In this document: in pieces, positions 24,741-36,559 of the stretch | How the letters are laid out: each line of letters opens with the position of its first letter | How positions within the stretch are numbered: the stretch's first letter is position 1 | Assembly: GCA_028023455.1 (NCBI GenBank) | Contig: JAQFVV010000007.1 | Location: forward strand, 14,198,001-14,262,000 | Origin: Epiperipatus broadwayi | Taxonomy: Eukaryota > Animalia > Onychophora | Length of the DNA: 64,000 nucleotides | Direction of reading: 5' to 3' | The notes under the pieces: generated by a model | The model's database searches: none | Told to the model about the DNA's origin: nothing | What the model saw: the letters and a program-made list of their open reading frames with translations, nothing else | Translations under genes and position numbers: made by a program

Positions 24741-25594
24741 AAGTACTAATATATTTATGGCAATAAAAATAATGTGAAAAATGAAACCAGTTTTTAAATA
24801 TAAAATGTTGGTTAAAATTTGAGATAAAATTTTAAACAATGAGATACTTGGAATAAGTTATGTTAAAAAGATGCCAAAAAATAGAAAACTGATGGTGATA
24901 ATGACAAAAATAATCGTGCACAGTTTACAAATTGATGTAGTAGCAACAGGTCGACTATAAAGCAGAGTAAAACATAGGTGTCACAGCAAAAACTAAAAAA
25001 AAAACAAGTTGTATTTAGGCAATATAGACATTTAATTAAAAAAAAATTCTTTCTAAGTGTTTAAAAACAAAACTCACATGAAAACATAAGGTTATAATGC
25101 CATAAAAATCTGTTCTTTACTAGCTTTTGGGTCTATGCAAATATATCTATAGCTTTAGCCCAGGCAATGAGTCAATTAATGTCTCAAAATTTCTTGTAAA
25201 ATATGAACCTCGTTTAAAGAATAAACAATTATAATTTTTTCTATGGCCAAAAGTTTAATACTCATACCACAGTCTTAAAATCTACATTAAATGTTAAATA
25301 TTAATAAAAACAAAGCTTTATTATTGAATAATTAATAATAACAGATGTTTCTAAGCATATTATTAATAATTAAGAAAGCATTAACTTGTTATATAATAAA
25401 CACATTTCAATAATTGTGGAATTTATTTCCTGAGAACAGTGATTTGAAACATTTTACAGTCAACATTTTGAAAAATAAAGAGATAATATTTTGTTCAACA
25501 CAGTTCATTAAAATAAAACATCTATAAAATCAAAATTTAACTTCTTATTCTTCTCCTTTATTTTCTTTGCATTTCTTCCTATATTCATATATAT

Positions 25595-25840
25595 TGCTTA
25601 CAATAATTCCCTTCATATACACTTTAATAAAAAAAAAAATTAAATATAATTTCTTTATTTTCCTGACAGTTTCGACTATCCTGCAATTTTCATCAGAGCA
25701 TTTTTAATCTCTTCTACCTTTTAAGATTAAGAACACTCTGTTGAAGATTTCAGGACAGTCAAAACTGTCAGGAAAATAAAGGAATTATATTTTTTTTAAA
25801 AATTGCATTAAAGTGTATATGAATGGAGTTACTGTAAGCA
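25595..25840. mobile_element. Family A foldback with divergent hammerhead motifs
   Basis: Arms 25595-25700 and 25735-25840. Minus arm 25662-25698 retains CTGATGA...cGAAACtGTC. Confidence 0.85.
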
Positions 25841-26309
25841 AAATTTAACTGTAAATATTTGCAAATATATTTTTGAGCATTATATACACTTATTTGCAAT
25901 TACCTAACACACAAACAGTTTTTTTTGTTCTGTCATATTTCAAAATTTCTTTTATATATAAATAATTAAAATTTCTATTTCAGCTTACCATTCTTGAAAC
26001 ATATGAATGTAGACACCTGAAAAGTTCAAATGGTTTTTAAGCTACAACTTTTTTTTATGAAAATACCATCTAATTGGGGAAAAATTAGAGTAATTAATGT
26101 CATATGCCATTGGCTGCCTGTAGTTTTAATAATGTTAAGCAAATAAATATATATTGCTAATATATACACATATAAAAAGCATTTGGATAAATTATTAATA
26201 CATTATTGAAGGGATTTAAATAAAAGACAAGTAGGTAAAATGTTTTAGTTGTAAAATTCTTCAATTTATATTTACTGGTTTTTATTATACATAGAATCAA
26301 ATTATTTTG

Positions 26310-28740
26310 AAATAAGTAGTGAATAATATTATTTCTATCTATTTATTTATTTTTCTTTGCCAATACTGTTTATACTTAAAATAATGGGCATTGTTGTTTT
26401 TGAAGAAATAATTTTTATGCTGTCAAAATATTAAATAAAAATTAGGTAAGTATATTGTATTTCAGATAATGTACACATTTTCTAATTTCTTATAAATATT
26501 CTTTACTTTGTCTCATCATTGTATTTTTTGTAATTATTTGATGAATAAAACTTTGAATTGTTTGCTATTCAATTGCAAAACAAATGTCTTATTTTTATGA
26601 AAATTGTTTTTAATTAAATAAAAATTACTCTAACAAATGTAATGACAATTAATTACTAGTAGTTTTTCTAATACAAGTAAAAAAATTTACTAATATTATT
26701 TATGATTTACTTTTAAAAAAGTAATTTCTAGATTGATGATTTTACTATTAAAGACATTTTTGGTTGTATTTTTTTTTTTAGCAATATGAACATATTTGTT
26801 CTTTGGATAATTTTTTTATTTTTACATTTTCATATTTCTTTATTTAATAATTTCTAGATTGTAATTGAAAATAAATAATAAAATCATGTATTTTATTATA
26901 TAAATATAATAAATGCAAATTTGCAGTAGTTTAATTACTTTTTTTATTTTAGCCTATATTAGTAATGAATACATATTTTGGTTATAGTTGACTTTTATTG
27001 TCAATTTTGACTCCACTCTCCACATGATTAATTCAAATATGGCATAGTTAAAAAAATTATTTAAATGCTTTTAATCTTTCACCTGATCGGCTCGGTTTTA
27101 AATGAGGAAACTTGAAATCGCTATAAATAGCTGTTTTTGTGCTAAATTTATGGTTTTGACATCATTTTTTAGGAAAAAAAAGTTCTGTAAGATGGTGCCC
27201 TCTTCAGAATTATTTTACAAGTAAAAAATCAATAAAAATGCCCATATAAGTCAAACAAAACCAAAGCACTGCCTTTTCACCACCTTTTCTTGAATCTTAT
27301 TGGCTGTCAAACTTCTGTCAAAAAGGGCAATGGCTGCCAAAAAGTAAAAAGTTACAGTCATTTTGTATTATATTTTGAAAATGATAAACAAATGTTTACA
27401 ACATTTTAAACAATATTTGAATTGAATTACAAATTATTATTGATAAAATAATACTAAAAATCAAATTATTTTAGAAAAATAGTTAAGATGTTACCAAGAA
27501 TTATTTATTTATTGCTACATATTTATCGTAACGTAAAAGTGAAAAAAAAAAGAAATGTGCTTTGGTTGGTCAAAATAGCAGTTACTTTTATTTCACCGCA
27601 ATTGAATATTTTTTAAATTATAAATCAAATTTTATTTTTGAAAAGACTTTCGTTTACTTCACAATGGGAACAAATTAGTAATATACTTTTTACAAATGAA
27701 AGTAACATATTTATATTATTAAAGTGAATCTATTTTAACAATTGATTTTGTTAAAGTTGTGAGTTGGCCAAGTAAAAGCTTTGATTTTTAACTCATTCGG
27801 CCAATTATATAATCATTGTTGAAAGGGTTAATATTAACATAGCAGAATCTTTAATATTTGGCCTTGAAAAACATTTGTAATAGCCATAACATCAATATTG
27901 TCATCCTCAAGCCATAAATATTCTTCATTATATTGACATCATGGTAATGTTTTTCAAAGTCACTTATTAAAGATTCTGATTAATTGATGATATTTTTGCT
28001 GTGTTTTTTTTTTTACAATATGCACATATTTGTAATTTGAAATTTTATTTTTTTTATTTTTATATTTCTTTGCTTAATAATTTCTAGATTGTAACTGAAA
28101 ATAAATAAGAAAATCATGTATTTTATAATATCAATATAGTAAATGCAAATTTGCAGTAGTTTAATTACTTTTTAAATTTCAGCTCATATTAATAATGAAT
28201 ACATATCTTGGATACAGACAGTTTTGACTATAGATTTTGAATATAATCTCCACAAGATTAAATAAAATATGGCATAGTTTAATAATTTTTATTTAAATGC
28301 TTCTAATAACAGAACCATCAATTTATAAAAATGTTTTTTTCATAAATGTAAATAATATTGGTAAAAAAATTATTTACTTTCATTATAAAAACTATTAGTA
28401 ATTAATTGTGTATTACATTTATTAGAGTAATCTTATTTAATTAAAGAGGATTTTTATAAAAATAAAAATTGATTTTTTCATTGTGATACAATAGCAAATA
28501 ATTCAAAGCTTTTTCATTAAATAATTACAAAAAAATACCCATGACATTAAATCAAGATAAATTACAAAATGTGTACATTATCTAAAATACAATTTACTTA
28601 CTAATTTTTATTTAATATTCTGATGGCATACAAATTATTATTATTTCCATGACAAAAATATGCATTATTGTAAGCATAAACAGTATTTACAAAGATAAAT
28701 AGATAAATAGCTAGATAAAAATTAATTACTCACTATTAAA
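26310..28740. repeat. Large inverted repeat (~430-bp arms) enclosing a ~280-bp direct duplication
   Basis: About 26310-26740 is the reverse complement of about 28315-28740; about 26790-27070 is repeated at about 28030-28310. Confidence 0.7.
27071..27831. mobile_element. Non-autonomous piggyBac-like element
   Basis: TTAA-tctttca at left and tgaaaggg-TTAA at right; homologous to 28778-29670. Confidence 0.6.
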
Positions 28741-28777
28741 TTAAAAATAATTTAATCACCCATATTAATAAGATGCA

Positions 28778-29670
28778 TTAACTTTTTCCAAGAAACAACC
28801 ATGAATTATCATTCAAGGTTTTAGTTTTTACATTACCATAGTGTTTTTATGCTTATTTTAAAGCTTAAAAAATATCGTAAGATGCTTCCCACTCTAGAAT
28901 TATTTTACAAGTAAAAACATCAATAATATTAATGTAAGAATCTACAACAATAGGAGAAGGCAGGCTTTCCTAGATGCTTATTGGTTGGTTCTCATTTTGA
29001 ATAAAAGAAGAGTGTCTGTCAATAATTTTGACCACTTCAACATCTTTGTTTTGATTTATCAAAATGAAAATGAATGATTTAGTGGTTTTTTTATTATTTT
29101 TCATACATATTATAAATTATTTTGATAAAATATGCTGAAAATATAATTATTTTAGAAAATTAGTAAGATTTTTGTAAAAAATTATTTACTTTTACATAAC
29201 CATAAATTGAAAAAGAAAACAGCACTAACAACAATTTTGACTTTTGATTTTCAACCAAAAATGAATGTTTTGGAGTATTTTGTTGGTATTTTTTCACATA
29301 TTATAATGTATTTTGATAAAATATGCTGAAAATATAATTATTTTAGAAAAATAGTAAGATTTTAGTAAAAAATGATATCTGCAGCACTTTCTAATTTGTT
29401 ATGAACTTTCTTCTTAGGTCTTCTGCTATCGAATATTTTTATAATTATAAATAGAAATTTATTTTTGAAAAAACTTTTGTTCACTTTCATAATCTGACAA
29501 ATTATTAATATACTTTTTATAAATAAAACTAAAATGAATATAATATTAAAAGATAAATATATTTTCACTGCTGATTTTGTAATTGACCAGCCAAAAGTTA
29601 TAAAACTTTAATTCACTTGGCAAATAAAAAACTGTCCAGTTAAAAAAAATTTTTTCAGTGAAAGAGTTAA
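28778..29670. mobile_element. Second piggyBac-like non-autonomous element
   Basis: TTAA-cttttt at left and tgaaagag-TTAA at right; shares blocks such as agaattattttacaagtaaaaa with 27071-27831. Confidence 0.55.
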
Positions 29671-29935
29671 AAGTAAAATATTTTTTTTTACCAAAACTGA
29701 AATTATTTACCTACTTAACTTCTATTTACATTTTTTCAATAAAAGAATCATAAATTTATTTCAATGCTTTTTTTATAAATGTAAAAAGCAACAAGAAAGA
29801 CTTTTGTAACATTATTAAAACTACAGATAAACAAACATATTTATTAAACTAATATTTATGTATAAACAACACTCTGATTGTTGTCAGCAATGAGTAAAAA
29901 TTGTACATTTTAAAGAGTTTATTTAAATATTTATG

Positions 29936-30052
29936 TAACTGTAAATTAGTAATCAGGCTAATGCACATGTGCTTTATGGATTTCAAACTTTGCATATATG
30001 AATACTTTCATTCTCAAACATGTACATTAGTCTGATTGCTAATTTACAATTA
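29936..30052. repeat. Short foldback (MITE-like)
   Basis: taactgtaaattagtaatcaggctaatgcacatgt pairs with acatgtacattagtctgattgctaatttacaatta. Confidence 0.7.
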
Positions 30053-30271
30053 CAATTTATTAACATAGCGCTGTATAAGTAAATACCTTATTAAATATTT
30101 ATGATTATTTTTATCAAACAGTTATATAGTAATTATTAAAAATGAAATATTTTTGTATTAACACTTAGATTTTTTTTTAAAATTTATTTAATTTTTAAAA
30201 ATAACAAATTAAGAAATTCAAAGTGATGATAAATAAGAAACATTATTTTTCTTCTCAATGTTCTTAGTTCT

Positions 30272-31770
30272 TTGGTATACAAAACCCAGGTCTTTGTCAT
30301 GGATTATAGACACTTTGTAAAATTAATCAAGAACATGAAAATTGAAAGAACAGACTTACTAGTAAGTTTTGATGTGGAAAATGTATTCACAAATGTGCCA
30401 TGTAAAATAGCATTATCTATTGTAAAAAAAAGATTAAATGATGATAACAGCTTACAAAACAGAAAAACTATATTGTTAGGATAATGTAACTATTAACATT
30501 CTGCATAACAACCACCTACTTTCAATGCAACACAGAATTCTTCCAACAAAATCAAGGAATGGTTCTGGGCTTACCATTTGCACCTCTGATTAGCAATATT
30601 TACATGGCAAAACTTGTAATGACAGCCATAAAGACTACTCCATATCCATATAAAGTTTGGCTTTATTATGTTGATGATACATTGGTTGTATGGACACATA
30701 ATGGAGAACTACTATATTTTTTTTGGATCCACATAAACAACATATTCCCTTCAAATAAATTTACAATAGAATCAGAATAAGAACAAAAAATGGCAATCTT
30801 AGATTTTGTTGTGGCAAGACTCCCTAATGGAAAAATCAAAACTATGGTTTATAGAAAACCCACATATACAGGAAAATACTGGGCATATACATTCAATCAA
30901 ACCAGAAACACAAAACATGGAGTTATACTATCATTATGGAACAGAGAAAAAAAGTTTGTTCAGAAATCAACAATTTGAAAAAAGTAAAGATCTATATAGA
31001 GTAAACTCTTATGAAAAATGGTTATCCATCAGCTGTCATTAAGAAAACCTTAAATAGACAACAAAAAGAACCATCAGAACAGCTTTCCATATCCATACCA
31101 CACTATGAGGAATTCTAACATCTACATAGCCTAAAATTTGAGATGCTGAAAAGAAAAAGTAGCATCTATAAAATACAATGTTAATGTGAAAAGATGTATA
31201 TTGGTGATACCAGTCACCCCATTGAAAAGTGATTTCCAGAGCACAAACTGATGATTAGAAGAGAGAAAACAGATGTGTCTATGGAAGCAGACCATGTATG
31301 TATCAATGAGCATATGTTCAACTGAAAAAATACAAAAATATTGGATAGACATGACAATGGCAGACAACCCCATATATCACCCTAGTACGACTATATGTAA
31401 TGGATGGCAATCACTAATCAACTTTGCTCTTAAGAAAAAGTGGACAAATCAGGAAAAACTCAGATAAGTATATGATATTTCTACCGACTGTTACCTTTGG
31501 CAGAATGATTCAGTTGGTTAGAGCATTGGCTTAAAATTCAATATTAAAGAATATAAGGGTCCAGGCTTAGTTCCCTAGCTTGTACTCTCACTGGTCAGGC
31601 CAGCAACACCTGAAAAAGAGGAGAGTAGTAGCTTTTGAAACATTGTGCATATTCTAACCTGTGTGCTGTTACTAACAGCTGAACTTATTTGGATTATTTA
31701 AATAAATTTTTCTAAAGACATTCAATGCTTATATTAGATGATTGAAGTAATCTAGTATATAAATACACTT
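30272..31770 (+). mobile_element. Penelope-like element: disrupted RT plus GIY-YIG and 3' terminal repeat
   Basis: LLVSFDVENVFTNVP, LGLPFAPLISNIYM, WLYYVDDTLV, VYRKPTYTG, then IYKIQC*CEKMYIGDT (GIY-YIG). Confidence 0.9.
31460..31770 (+). mobile_element. PLE terminal repeat (family C): tRNA-like A/B-box module followed by hammerhead motif
   Basis: tgattcagttggttagagca (A-box/D-arm-like), degenerate B-box, then caacacCTGAAAAagaggagagtagtagcttttGAAACATTgtg at 31604-31647. Homologous arms at 35.3-35.7 kb and 61.7-62.2 kb. Confidence 0.75.
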
Positions 31771-32789
31771 CTTATTGTTATACTCTGTCAAATAAAATTT
31801 TGTGATACTTTAATAATATTAGGTGCAATTTTAAATTTTAGAACAGAATTTTAGTTTTTTCATTAATCTAAAAAATGTGTGTTTATTTTTAAAAAGTCAA
31901 ATTTAATTAACAAAGATTTTGACAATTTATTTTTTTATTGGCATTGTGGACATCTTTCAATAATAAAAAATAATGGTTCTCTTTATATACTTCACTTTAT
32001 TTCACTTTGATGTGTGTTTTCTAAATTTACAACGTTTACATATGATTTTTTAGGATGTTTTTCATTTATAAAATTATATTTTTAACAAATTAAGTCCAAT
32101 TTATTAATTCATAATACTGAATAAAGGTTTTAATACTAAAATTAATTTTTTGAACTATTAATCCAAAATGTAATTAGGGATTAGTGGTGAACTACTAACA
32201 GAAGTGTTAAAAGTGAATAGATCCATTTTTTAATTCTTCTTTATGATTTCCCACTCTATTACTATGTTTTTTTGTATTTAAACTTTATTTTATTTTTTGA
32301 ATAATTTATTGTTAAGACTGCATTTACAAGGTATTGCATTGATCTTTATGAAGGCACTGGAGAGATCTTATCCCTGCAATAGATTATTTAAAAACTGTTT
32401 TATCATTTAGATTGTTGTAATTATATGATCAACATTTTTAGAGGAATTATTATTTGAATCTTGACTATATACATTTATATTAAATAATATTAATTTAATT
32501 AATTTCCTCTATAAAAATTTTTATGATTTTTTAAAAATATAAATGTTCAATGATAAAAATCAGTTAATCTCCGGTACTTCAACAATTATAAAAAGTATCT
32601 GTAGATGGAATAAGTTAAATTAACATTGTTTAATTTTGTTATACATTTGTGTTGTGTATAATTATATATAAATTCTGCATTTAAACTGCAAATACATACA
32701 ACAATGTGTTAAGCAGAATAATTATCCTAAAAATATATTCATATCTGAATACAATTTGTGCAGTGCATCTGACTTATGACAACCAATTA

Positions 32790-33120
32790 TTAAAATGTCA
32801 TCTTCATTATTAGTCATTAATGAAACACTTAATAAAGAAAAGTGCCACAAAATACAATCCAGTTACTTCTAACCATAACTTCTCCATATCACTTTCTCAT
32901 TTCATCAACCCATATCACATGTGATCTTTTAAAGTCTTTTATAATCTTTTACATCTATTTTGAAACTTCAACTATTCCTCTATTGTAATCTCTTCTAGTA
33001 ATATGTCCAATGTGGCTTCAATTCAGTCTCTTAAATTTTTAAATGCTTTTATTTAACTTAAGACTTCTATTTATTTAGGTCAAATCTTGTAACCAATTTT
33101 TAACCTCTTTTGCCTAATGG
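32790..33120 (-). mobile_element. Decayed RTE 3' fragment
   Basis: Same family as 36560-37620 and 59800-60150 (ggacatatt...agaaga...gatgaaat). Confidence 0.55.
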
Positions 33121-33264
33121 ATCTTCTTTAAATTTTGTATACATGTTTGGCTTTGACAATATAAACAATGCAAACTTTCAGGGTTATCCAACTTAACAGT
33201 ATTAGTGGGCTGCATTTCAAACTACATTCAAATTGATTTAGTAAGTTTTTTTTTTCTATGTCAA

Positions 33265-33336
33265 AGCATTGACCAGAATGCGAACCCAGGCCAGCTGCAT
33301 AGAAGGCAGTTATGCTAACCACTAGGCCACCAATGC
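33265..33336 (-). pseudogene. tRNA-Gly(TCC)-derived pseudogene or SINE head
   Basis: GCATTGGTGGCCTAGTGGTTAGCATAACTGCCTTCTATGCAGCTGGCCTGGGTTCGCATTCTGGTCAATGC closely follows animal tRNA-Gly-TCC as I recall it; anticodon loop now CTTCTAT, with T-arm mismatches. Confidence 0.75.
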
Positions 33337-33740
33337 TTGACTTGATTTAATACATTTTAAATCAATTGAAGTATATGCCACTATATTTTTTAAAATGCTT
33401 TTATATAGTTTGAAGAAATATTAGAGGTATTTACATTTAATTAATTAAATAAAAAGGGGGAAATGAAAGGATAAAACTTTAACTTTTTTTTGGATTGTTT
33501 ATGTAAAATTTGCATATTTAAACTTCTGTTTTTATAAGTGCAATTTTTTTACGCAACTTCTACTGAATGGATTTTCTTCAATTATTTTGCATATGTATTT
33601 TTGAAAAAAAAATTGTATATAATGGATATGTAAATATTTTTTAAAGAGTACTTTTATTTAATTTGAGGATTAATGTTCTAAATTGCAATATATATATTTT
33701 TTGGGCCACAATTCTCATTGTTATATGTTACCTTAAATAA

Positions 33741-33836
33741 GAGTGTGGACATCCATAAATTAATTAATTCAAGCAGGAATAGAGGGTTTTTGATCACAAA
33801 TTGTATTGCCTGAATTAATTAATTTATGAACACCTC
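33741..33836. repeat. Short foldback
   Basis: cataaattaattaattcaagca pairs with tgcctgaattaattaatttatg. Confidence 0.7.
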
Positions 33837-33966
33837 ATAGTTTTATTTACAGTTATACAAAACAAGTGCAATTGTGGTGCATAAAAAATTCATGCTTGCA
33901 ATCTGATAGAAACGTTTTGCATAAACACTTGAGAGTCAGTGTTTAGATCTAGTTTCTATACTCTAT

Positions 33967-34013
33967 CCCTCACTGAGGAGAGCAAACCAGCTTGAAATCA
34001 GCTGATCTGGGGG
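33967..34013 (+). ncRNA. Near-intact type I hammerhead ribozyme
   Basis: ccctca CTGAGGA gagc-aaacca-gctt GAAA tc-agct-ga TC tggggg. All core bases are present and three stems pair; predicted cleavage after 34007. Confidence 0.8.
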
Positions 34014-34313
34014 TGAGCAAATGAAAGAGGTAGTTAATTCTGACTCTTTTTTCGTTTATGTAAACAAATTTTACACTTGTTCGGTGGTTTTGGTAAAGCG
34101 CCATCTTTTGAACATATATATATTGCTTTTTAGTATGTTAGACCACACATTAAATAAAAACCTTTATTAAAATTATATATATATATATATTATTCAATGA
34201 TACCTGCTTGTTCTCTTAATCATATATTTCATTTTCACTATTTTATCTTTTTATATTTCACTGAATGTTCTGAAGTCTCTGTATTGTGTTTTTATTAACT
34301 ATACAATTCTTAT

Positions 34314-35229
34314 GCCACTGCTTGAATTTTTTAATAGTGGTATGATTAGAGAGGGATAAAATGGAAGGGTAAGAAGGTGTATCATTATTGACAAGATGAT
34401 ATGCCTCCCAAAAATTAATTTTTTTGAGAATTTGGTTGATATGGTAAATTTTGAGATGTGTTATAATAGAGACAACAAACAGTTCTTTTCAGGAGGAGGA
34501 GGGGTGTCCATAGGTAAAATAGCAGTGACACATATTGCATCAGGGAACTGAGGAAAATTTTTTAGGATGGTATTATAGGCATGTTGGAATTAGAATGTTG
34601 CAATGGAGTGAAATGAAAGTCATTGAGTTTTCCTAAATATTTAGACTTTCTGATCAAGATAACCCTAAATGCTCTTCATACAAACGATTTTCTGGTCACA
34701 TGTAGGGATTTCTCATGTATAGACTATGTCTGCCCTTTATGTCATAGGGATGATGAGACCATGTTGCATGTTTTCTGTCATTGTACCTCACTTCAATGTT
34801 ATAGAGACATTATAGCTTCTATCTGTGTAAGCCAGAAGCCTACTCTCACTATCCTGTTTAGTAGCATTGGTAATGGTGTGTTTCCATCTATTAGGATTTT
34901 CACTTTCTTACTCTTTGCATATTGGTCCATTAGATTTATGCTTATCTTTAATCCTACCATTGATAATCCCCATCAATTATTCATATCAAAGCTTCAGACT
35001 ATCCACAATAGAGCCAATAAATTAGCTTCTTTATTGATTTTTAAAACTACATGGGACCTTCTTTCCATTGCAGATTTTTATTTATGATGCTTGGGTTGTA
35101 CATTTAGTTGTTCCTGACTGCAAGACTAGTTGTGTGATCCTCATCTCGGCTTTGTCGTTAATTGTATTGCTTTCACCATTGTATTAATGTAATCACTTAT
35201 CTAAATAATAAAGTTCTTATGAGAAAAAA
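34314..35229 (+). mobile_element. 5'-inverted, truncated L1/Tx1-type LINE
   Basis: 34623-35087 encodes PKYLD...CPLCHRDDETMLHVFCHC, followed by aataaa and A-tail. 34314-34622 is upstream ORF2 in reverse orientation. Degenerate TSD (14/17) at 34297-34313 and 35230-35246. Confidence 0.85.
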
Positions 35230-35249
35230 AACTATCCACGTCTTATATT

Positions 35250-35700
35250 CATAACAAGCTAATAAAACACATATATTAAAAATATTAATTATATTCAATT
35301 GTTAGTAATAACAAACAAGTTAGTTTATACACAGTGTTTTGAGTAGTATTATTTTCCTTTCTTTTTTGTTGCTACTTGCCTGACCAATGATAGTACTAGC
35401 ATAGGAATCGAACCTGGTCCTGTATAATCTTGAAAAATAAATTTTAATGTAACATTTTAACCAATTGAGATATTCTGCCAAAAGCAACAATCGGCAAAAA
35501 TTTTATATACTTATCTATGAAGTTTGTTCTGATTTTTCCATCTTTTTGTAAGAGCAAATTAATTAATAGTTTTCAGACATTATATTGCCTTAAATTCAAT
35601 ATTCATAAATCATAATGCCAGGTTCAATTTCCTTGCTAGTATTATCACTAGTCAGAGCAGCAAGAAGAGAGAACAATAATACTCCTCAAAATATTGTGTC
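35250..35700. mobile_element. Family C foldback (divergent tRNA-like + hammerhead arms)
   Basis: Minus arm about 35250-35518 has a perfect B-box ggttcgattcc (35404-35414). Plus arm about 35578-35700 has ggttcaatttcc...actcctcaaaatattgtg. Confidence 0.75.
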
Positions 35701-36559
35701 CGATTCGTTGTTTATACATTCGTGAATCTAAAAGTTTCAAAATCGATTCTCTTTATAGTATCATTACTGATAGGCTAACAGTATCTAAAAAAGAGGAAAA
35801 AACAATACTACATGAAAAGTTGTGTTATATACGATTGTGGATGCTATTAAGTTTAAATAAAGTTTCAATTTTTCTACATACATTAAAAATTAATATTAGA
35901 TGACGGATATAGTTCAACATATAATTACAAATAAAATATAATTGTTAATAAAATGTCTACATATTTTGGTAAAAATATTTTGTGCAACCTGATTTGTTGT
36001 TATATGCATTCATGTGTCGGAGATAATGAATTTTGATTAACACCAGGTTGAATGGATCGAATTCCTTAAATTTATTTCATTTTATATCTATATAAATTTA
36101 AATTAAATGTATTTTTATACGTCTTTTTTTTTTAATAAGTGTAAAATTGATTAAATTTTATGAAAAAAAATCAGTCATGTTTATTAAAATGTATAATTGA
36201 CATTTCAAATTATTTTCATTTATTTACTTTAGTAAGTGAATGATTTATTTATTTATTAGTTTTTTATTATCATAACTTCAACATAATTATTTGTTTATTC
36301 TTTGTTAATATGGTAATTTAAATCATCAATGTTTGGTTAAGATTTTTTAATATTTTGTTTTCACTTTATCCTTTACATTTTAAAATATTTATTATATTGA
36401 TATTTTCCATTTTTGTTTTAATTTAATTTATTTGTATTGTATTTGCATTTTCAGTTAATTTTTAAAATATATATATATAACGTATTATATTTGTCTATAT
36501 ATTTTTTATATACTATTAATTTTTTAAAAAAAATATATAAATGAAATGTTTTTAATGGT

